Below are positions 1 through 3,808 of a stretch of DNA of 64,000 nucleotides, piece by piece. The position numbers were made by a program, and so were the translations under genes. Every line of letters begins with the position of its first letter. Position 1 is the first letter of the stretch. Where the stretch lies: sequence record NC_005083.2. One strand, given 5' to 3'. Below the pieces are notes generated by a model. That model searched no databases. It was given only the letters and a program-made list of their open reading frames with translations, and had not been told where the DNA came from.

Positions 1-118
1 TAAGTCTGTACTGCATTTCAACAGCAAATGTACAATATTTTCGAAGATTGCGTTTTACAATCTCACAGCGATGCAAGATACAATCAAGTTCGTCATTTAT
101 GTCATCAAACTTATTCAT
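1..118 (-). CDS. Hypothetical protein inside the tRNA cluster, 5' part only (MNKFDDINDELDCILHRCEIVKRNLRKYCTFAVEMQYRL...), running off the window edge
   Basis: Manual translation: ATG at 118-116 preceded by GAGG, open to position 1. Not in the ORF track. Confidence 0.6.
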   Translation of the reverse strand, partial: MNKFDDINDELDCILHRCEIVKRNLRKYCTFAVEMQYRL

Positions 119-132
119 AAAACCTCGAAAAT

Positions 133-256
133 TGGTGGAGAGTGATGGATTTGAACCACCGACCAAAAGATTTACCTAGTTATTAAGGTTTGCAGCATGA
201 ATGCTTGTCAGTATTCTTTAACATTCTTTTGCTCTACCAGACTGAGCTAACTCTCC
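133..256 (-). ncRNA. tRNA-like RNA 1: intact acceptor, D and T arms and CCA end, with a 54-nt loop replacing the anticodon loop
   Basis: Minus strand: GGAGAGT-TA-GCTC AGTCTGGTA GAGC-A-AAAGA[54 nt]TCTTT-TGGTC-GGTGG TTCAAAT CCATC-ACTCTCC-A-CCA. Confidence 0.85.
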
Positions 257-262
257 ATAATT

Positions 263-380
263 TGAGGGTGAAGTACAGGACTCGAACCTGCGACCTCCGG
301 CGTGCATGTAAATGCAGAATGAAATCTTATCAGACTTCGTTTTTTGAGCCGGCATTCTAACCAACTGAACTAACTTCACC
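263..380 (-). ncRNA. tRNA-like RNA 2: 46-nt loop replacing the anticodon loop, G-1:C73-type acceptor, no encoded CCA
   Basis: Minus strand: G-GTGAAGT-TA-GTTC AGTTGGTTA GAAT-G-CCGGC[46 nt]GCCGG-AGGTC-GCAGG TTCGAGT CCTGT-ACTTCAC-C-CTCA. Confidence 0.85.
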
Positions 381-384
381 ATAG

Positions 385-478
385 TGATCAACAGCCCTCA
401 GAATACCCGCAGTCTACACCCTATAATAAGGGACTATACTGAGTCGTTTAATGAGTCGGATAACTCAACTGTTAATCA
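385..478 (-). ncRNA. Putative ~95-nt multibranch structured RNA between the tRNA-like units
   Basis: Closing stem TGATTAACAG/CTGTTGATCA; inner helices GAGT/ACTC, CTCAG/CTGAG, AGTC/GACT, CCCT/AGGG; no ORF. Confidence 0.5.
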
Positions 479-490
479 AATTGTTAAAAA

Positions 491-628
491 CATATAGTTG
501 CGGGTGCAGGATTCGAACCTACATCACGATCTTATGAATGATATGCGAAATTGATTGCCGTACAGATTCTTATCAGAATCAGTTTTGTGCTACGTGTGCT
601 ACCACTTACACCAACCCGCAACTATATG
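491..628 (-). ncRNA. tRNA-like RNA 3 with expanded anticodon region, enclosed by a 15-bp perfect terminal stem; no encoded CCA
   Basis: Inverted repeat CATATAGTTGCGGGT (491-505)/ACCCGCAACTATATG (614-628); D arm GTGT AAGTGGTA GCAC; T arm GTAGG TTCGAAT CCTGC; 4-nt variable loop TGAT. Confidence 0.8.
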
Positions 629-634
629 CTTTCG

Positions 635-674
635 GGATGCTTACGCAGGTTCTTCTCTACGTAAGCACAGATCC
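635..674. other. Bulged stem-loop
   Basis: GGAT-GCTTACG ... CGTAAGC-(ACAG bulge)-ATCC. Confidence 0.45.
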
Positions 675-694
675 TCAATGTATATTTTGCCTTA

Positions 695-783
695 GCTAAT
701 CACAACACAACCCAATATCGTGCGCTTTAATTACGGGATTGATGACCCGTTCGCATGTGATTAGCGTAAAAGTATGATTACGC
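695..783 (-). ncRNA. Putative structured RNA (nested hairpins)
   Basis: 10-bp perfect inverted repeat GCTAATCACA (695-704)/TGTGATTAGC (756-765) enclosing TGCG/CGCA and ACGGG/CCCGT; adjacent GCGTAA/TTACGC hairpin. Confidence 0.45.
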
Positions 784-874
784 ACCTTTTCTTCTTCAAT
801 GTCCAAGGCAAAGAGGACTATGAATACCAGTGCGAGAAGATATACAATCAAATTGCTCACCTCGCTTAATAAGT

Positions 875-1021
875 GAGAGTACATTGGTCGAGTGTAACGG
901 AATCGAACCGTTCCCACGATCTCCCTATGATATGCGTAAATTGGTTGCTGAATATAATCATGTCTGATTACAGTATGCTACGTGTGCTGCCACTACACCA
1001 ACACTCGACCAATATACTCTC
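875..1021 (-). ncRNA. tRNA-like RNA 4 (core 885-1007, ends A-CCA) with expanded anticodon region inside a 21-bp terminal stem; paralog of RNA 3
   Basis: CGAGTGT-TG-GTGT AGTGGCA GCAC...AACGG TTCGATT CCGTT-ACACTCG-A-CCA; inverted repeat 875-895/1001-1021 with one non-Watson-Crick position; insert clearly homologous to RNA 3. Confidence 0.82.
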
Positions 1022-1022
1022 G

Positions 1023-1174
1023 ATATTTTAAATGTGCGCTACTTGCACGCCGACTGAGCGAATTTTAACTCAGCTAGTTTTTGTTTGAGACATCGTCCGC
1101 TAAGACTATTCTCTGCATGCCAGAACTTATACTGGCTCTATGTATTCATTTCGGCTAACGCACATTTAAAATAT
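1023..1174 (-). ncRNA. Putative ~150-nt structured RNA with a 16-bp perfect terminal stem
   Basis: ATATTTTAAATGTGCG (1023-1038)/CGCACATTTAAAATAT (1159-1174); inner helices GCCGA/TCGGC, GCCAG/CTGGC, CTGAG/CTCAG. Confidence 0.6.
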
Positions 1175-1175
1175 T

Positions 1176-1280
1176 ACTCATCTTCAGAGAAGAGACAGAA
1201 ACGATGAGTCTAGTCTGTTTAATCAATGTTGTTCATCTTCAAGAAGAGGCGAGAACGATGAACTTAGCTCGCTTAATCAA
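1176..1280 (-). repeat. Two tandem ~55-nt repeats, each folding into an H-type pseudoknot
   Basis: Copies 1176-1226 and 1231-1280; stem 1 ACAGA/TCTGT vs GCGAG/CTCGC, stem 2 ACTCATC/GATGAGT vs GTTCATC/GATGAAC; all stem differences are compensatory. Confidence 0.8.
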
Positions 1281-1288
1281 CTGTGTTA

Positions 1289-1316
1289 ATCTTATCAGCT
1301 TCTCAGCGAAAGTCAA
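1289..1316 (-). promoter_or_regulatory. Sigma70-type promoter for the RNA array
   Basis: TTGACT-16 bp-TAAGAT with TG extension and an A-rich upstream element. Confidence 0.7.
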
Positions 1317-1380
1317 CATCTTTTTCAAATATTTCATCGAGTTGAAAGTTTGTTTTCTGTCTCTCGACTCGATGAAATAC

Positions 1381-1408
1381 ATTCTACATCCTTTTCAGAT
1401 GAAGTCAA
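1381..1408 (-). promoter_or_regulatory. Second tandem sigma70-type promoter for the RNA array
   Basis: TTGACT-16 bp-TAGAAT with an AT-rich upstream element. Confidence 0.7.
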
Positions 1409-1424
1409 CAACTATTTTAACTTT

Positions 1425-1679
1425 TTAAACGGAAATGATAATGCCGCTTTCAGTCTCACCTCGTTCAAGCGCAGCGTGCTTGATCTGAAGTTGTGATACT
1501 GCTTGCTGAAGTTCAATAATAGCTTTGTCATAAAGCTTGTTGTTCTCTTTAAGCAAAGCAATCTGATCGGTCTGCATACCAATGATGTACGTTAGTAGAA
1601 CAACGTTCTCATCAGTCGTCAGCGTTTCAGGCGCTTCATTGTACTTCTTCAGCACCGCTTCGGTAGATAGATCAGTCAT
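1425..1679 (-). CDS. Hypothetical coiled-coil protein (~84 aa)
   Basis: ORF track 1425..1688; the likely start is MTDLSTE at 1679, overlapping the 57B stop. Confidence 0.7.
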   Translation of the reverse strand: MTDLSTEAVLKKYNEAPETLTTDENVVLLTYIIGMQTDQIALLKENNKLYDKAIIELQQAVSQLQIKHAALERGETESGIIISV

Positions 1680-2127
1680 TATTAGCAACCCATTCTAGAT
1701 CTAATGGTTCGATATATTCATCGACAAGGCGAACCTCTGTATTGATGAACATAGGGGTAATTACGTCGTCATAAGACAATGTGACGTGCGGAGTATAGTC
1801 AGGGTAATCGTGAGTACCACCGATAGAGATAAGGTCTTCGTGACGTTCTACAAGAGCAGGACATGACATCTTAGCAACGACCGCGTGTTTACCGTCTTGC
1901 GTTTTCCAACAGTCAACTTGTTCAACAGTGGCAACGAAAGTGGTATCTACAACGGGCACATCAATTTGCTTACGACTATAAAGCACAGTCACGTGGAATT
2001 TATCGGGATCTAACGGATTTTTTAGACGAAGCGTTTTTTGCAAGCGAACTAGTTCTTGCTTACTTGCTTCGTCTAATTTGATACCAACGTAAGTTCCCTG
2101 ACTCTCAAGGAACTTAGATAGTTTCAT
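1672..2127 (-). CDS. 57B: gp57B, 2H phosphoesterase (Acb1 anti-CBASS nuclease family)
   Basis: Two HxT motifs (KFHVTVLYSR, TPHVTLSY); position next to 57A and the tRNA cluster as in T4. Confidence 0.9.
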   Translation of the reverse strand: MKLSKFLESQGTYVGIKLDEASKQELVRLQKTLRLKNPLDPDKFHVTVLYSRKQIDVPVVDTTFVATVEQVDCWKTQDGKHAVVAKMSCPALVERHEDLISIGGTHDYPDYTPHVTLSYDDVITPMFINTEVRLVDEYIEPLDLEWVANND

Positions 2128-2393
2128 TATTCAGCTTCTTTCTCTTTTTCGCCGTCGCCTTCTACAGGGCGTTCAGCTTTACCGGTTAGATAAGCGACTT
2201 CATCAACATAGTTCTGTAGAGAACTTGCTTTTTCTTGATCGAAGTCTAGCAGTTGAGCTAGTACACCAACGAATTGACCAAATGAATTGCGTTCAGCTTG
2301 AAGTGCTTCTTGCAAGTCAAATGTACGAACTTTCAGATCTTTGATTTGCGCGTCTTTCTGTTCGATTACTTGTTCTGGAGTTTGTTGTGACAT
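2127..2393 (-). CDS. 57A: gp57A-like tail fibre assembly chaperone
   Basis: 88-aa acidic coiled coil containing LKVRTFDLQE; synteny between gene 1 and 57B. Confidence 0.75.
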   Translation of the reverse strand: MSQQTPEQVIEQKDAQIKDLKVRTFDLQEALQAERNSFGQFVGVLAQLLDFDQEKASSLQNYVDEVAYLTGKAERPVEGDGEKEKEAE

Positions 2394-2402
2394 TTCTTCA
2401 CC

Positions 2403-3041
2403 TTAAAATAATTTGTTGATTTGTTCATGTAGTTCTTCAAGAGAACCATTATTGTCTATTTGAATTGCATCTTTGATAAAACCCAATTCAGTATCGCTAA
2501 CGTGATTAGATGCAAGCGAACCTTCTCGGTTAACTTGAAGCATCGTGCCACCAAGCTCTTGTACCAATTCTAATTCGTTTTGAAAACGAACATCAGTGAT
2601 TATAAACACCAAATCCGGGTTTTTAAACACTAGCTCATTGTATTTATTACGTGCGTAATTGATCCAATGTTGATCATCAAGCGAACGTGCAACGTCAGTG
2701 CCAGTCATTTGCAGTAAATCACGAATGCTGAACAGTTTCGTGTGAGGGAGCAACGTGTAGTAGACATAATCATAATCAGCGTCTACATTCGCGTACTCAC
2801 AACAAGTCAAAACAAGTTCAATTGCTTCGTCGAGGGTAAATGTCGGGACTTCTCTATCAAAATTGTTTTGCCCGTCGATGTCTGCATACTCATAGCCATA
2901 TTCTTTCAATCCAATGTACAAACCCTCTTTAATCGGGTCTGCAAACTTGTAAATGTAAGCATTATCACTATGAATATCTTGAATGGCTTGAGCTACAGTA
3001 TCTTTGCCTGAGCGTTTTTGTCCATTTATTCCTATTATCAT
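2403..3041 (-). CDS. 1: Deoxynucleoside monophosphate kinase
   Basis: P-loop GINGQKRSGKDT, IRDLLQMTGTD, ITDVRFQNE, HVSD motifs. Confidence 0.95.
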   Translation of the reverse strand: MIIGINGQKRSGKDTVAQAIQDIHSDNAYIYKFADPIKEGLYIGLKEYGYEYADIDGQNNFDREVPTFTLDEAIELVLTCCEYANVDADYDYVYYTLLPHTKLFSIRDLLQMTGTDVARSLDDQHWINYARNKYNELVFKNPDLVFIITDVRFQNELELVQELGGTMLQVNREGSLASNHVSDTELGFIKDAIQIDNNGSLEELHEQINKLF

Positions 3042-3077
3042 AATGAGTTACCAGTCAATAGTGTGTTTCGTCTCTTG

Positions 3078-3106
3078 ATTATACGACGAAAGTGCTATCT
3101 TCTAAA
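3078..3106 (-). promoter_or_regulatory. Promoter downstream of iteron cassette A, driving gene 1
   Basis: (TG)TTTAGA-17 bp-TATAAT. Confidence 0.6.
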
Positions 3107-3130
3107 CATGCACCAGCCATACTAGTTTCT

Positions 3131-3247
3131 CTAATATTTCTAATATCCCTAACTTCACTAAAACTACTAATACTACTAAGATGATGCCCAATTTTTGGGC
3201 CTCAAATCCAAACCTGCCGCTTCGCTCTAGATTCAGATACAAAAAAA
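3131..3247 (-). repeat. Intergenic cassette copy A: GCGAAGC motif, hairpin and six TTAG units at 9-bp period
   Basis: CTAA at 3131, 3140, 3149, 3158, 3167 and 3176; hairpin GCCCAA-AAA-TTGGGC; homologous to 29135-29245 and 57391-57481. Confidence 0.85.
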
Positions 3248-3261
3248 GCCCCGATAGGGGC
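3241..3261 (-). terminator. Rho-independent terminator after gene 3
   Basis: GCCCC-TATC-GGGGC followed by a T7 tract on the minus strand. Confidence 0.8.
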
Positions 3262-3274
3262 TTATTGCTTGTGT

Positions 3275-3808
3275 CTAACCCATATAGGGTGTGATGACTT
3301 CTTCTTTGCCATCGACTTTATGGATCATTTCAAAGTATGAGTATTCAAACTCAACATCACACGTTACAGTTTCAACATCACCTGCTTCAGTGTAGTTCCA
3401 TTCAATAGCACTTAGAGACTTTGGAAACGCATTGACAAAGCGATACGTTGCAACAATCTTGTCTTTGTTATTGTCTAAAACATGAAGCAACATAGTAACT
3501 GGAACAATCCCGTCACTTGTACTAGCACCAGTTGGGTTATTCATAGTGATTAACCACTTGTATAACTCAGCATAAGTACGCATTTCTTCATCGACCAGAA
3601 ACTGAATCGACAGGTCATCGTAAGATGTACCAGAACCTGCTACATGGTTGTTAGCTAGTTTGGCATATTTGGGACCTCGTGTAATACTTGCAATTTCCAT
3701 ATTAACACCCGGGATAGTGGCAGTTTGAATCTGCCACTGAAACGTTTGTGTTGCGTTGTTATCTGGGATGTCGATTCGGAAATTATTCTTCATCGTCAAG
3801 TTTTTCAT
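3275..3808 (-). CDS. 3: gp3 tail tube terminator / tail completion protein
   Basis: Tube-fold motifs TATIPGV, YDDLSIQFLVDEEMRTYAELYKW, VEFEYSYF. Confidence 0.88.
   Translation of the reverse strand: MKNLTMKNNFRIDIPDNNATQTFQWQIQTATIPGVNMEIASITRGPKYAKLANNHVAGSGTSYDDLSIQFLVDEEMRTYAELYKWLITMNNPTGASTSDGIVPVTMLLHVLDNNKDKIVATYRFVNAFPKSLSAIEWNYTEAGDVETVTCDVEFEYSYFEMIHKVDGKEEVITPYMG

Noticed and set aside
133-1007. Canonical tRNA genes or tRNAs with self-splicing introns
   Set aside because: No 7-nt anticodon loop is present. The inserts (about 40-60 nt) are far too short for group I or II introns and show no bulge-helix-bulge. Removing the insert from RNA 2 cannot restore U33; RNA 1 could formally give AT-GTA-AA, so splicing is unlikely but not excluded.
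133-1007. YrlA-type bacterial Y RNA
   Set aside because: YrlA RNAs are circularly permuted (T arm before D arm). These units have normal tRNA order, and no Ro60/TROVE gene is in the window.
1176-1280. Hammerhead or HDV-like (theta) ribozyme
   Set aside because: CTGAAGA occurs in only one copy and has no properly placed stem II and GAAA. Only two interleaved stems are present, not the nested double pseudoknot of HDV-like ribozymes.
1176-1280. CRISPR-like mini-array
   Set aside because: Only two units, no unique spacers, variation confined to paired stems, and no cas genes in the window.
1204-1428. 74-aa plus-strand ORF
   Set aside because: Antisense to the promoters and pseudoknot repeats, with no RBS; most likely spurious.
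3131-3247. REP/IS200-type non-autonomous mobile element as the explanation for the three-copy cassette
   Set aside because: No target-site duplication or associated HUH transposase is seen. The fixed orientation between a terminator and a promoter and the exact 9-bp periodicity fit a functional cis-element better; not fully excluded.
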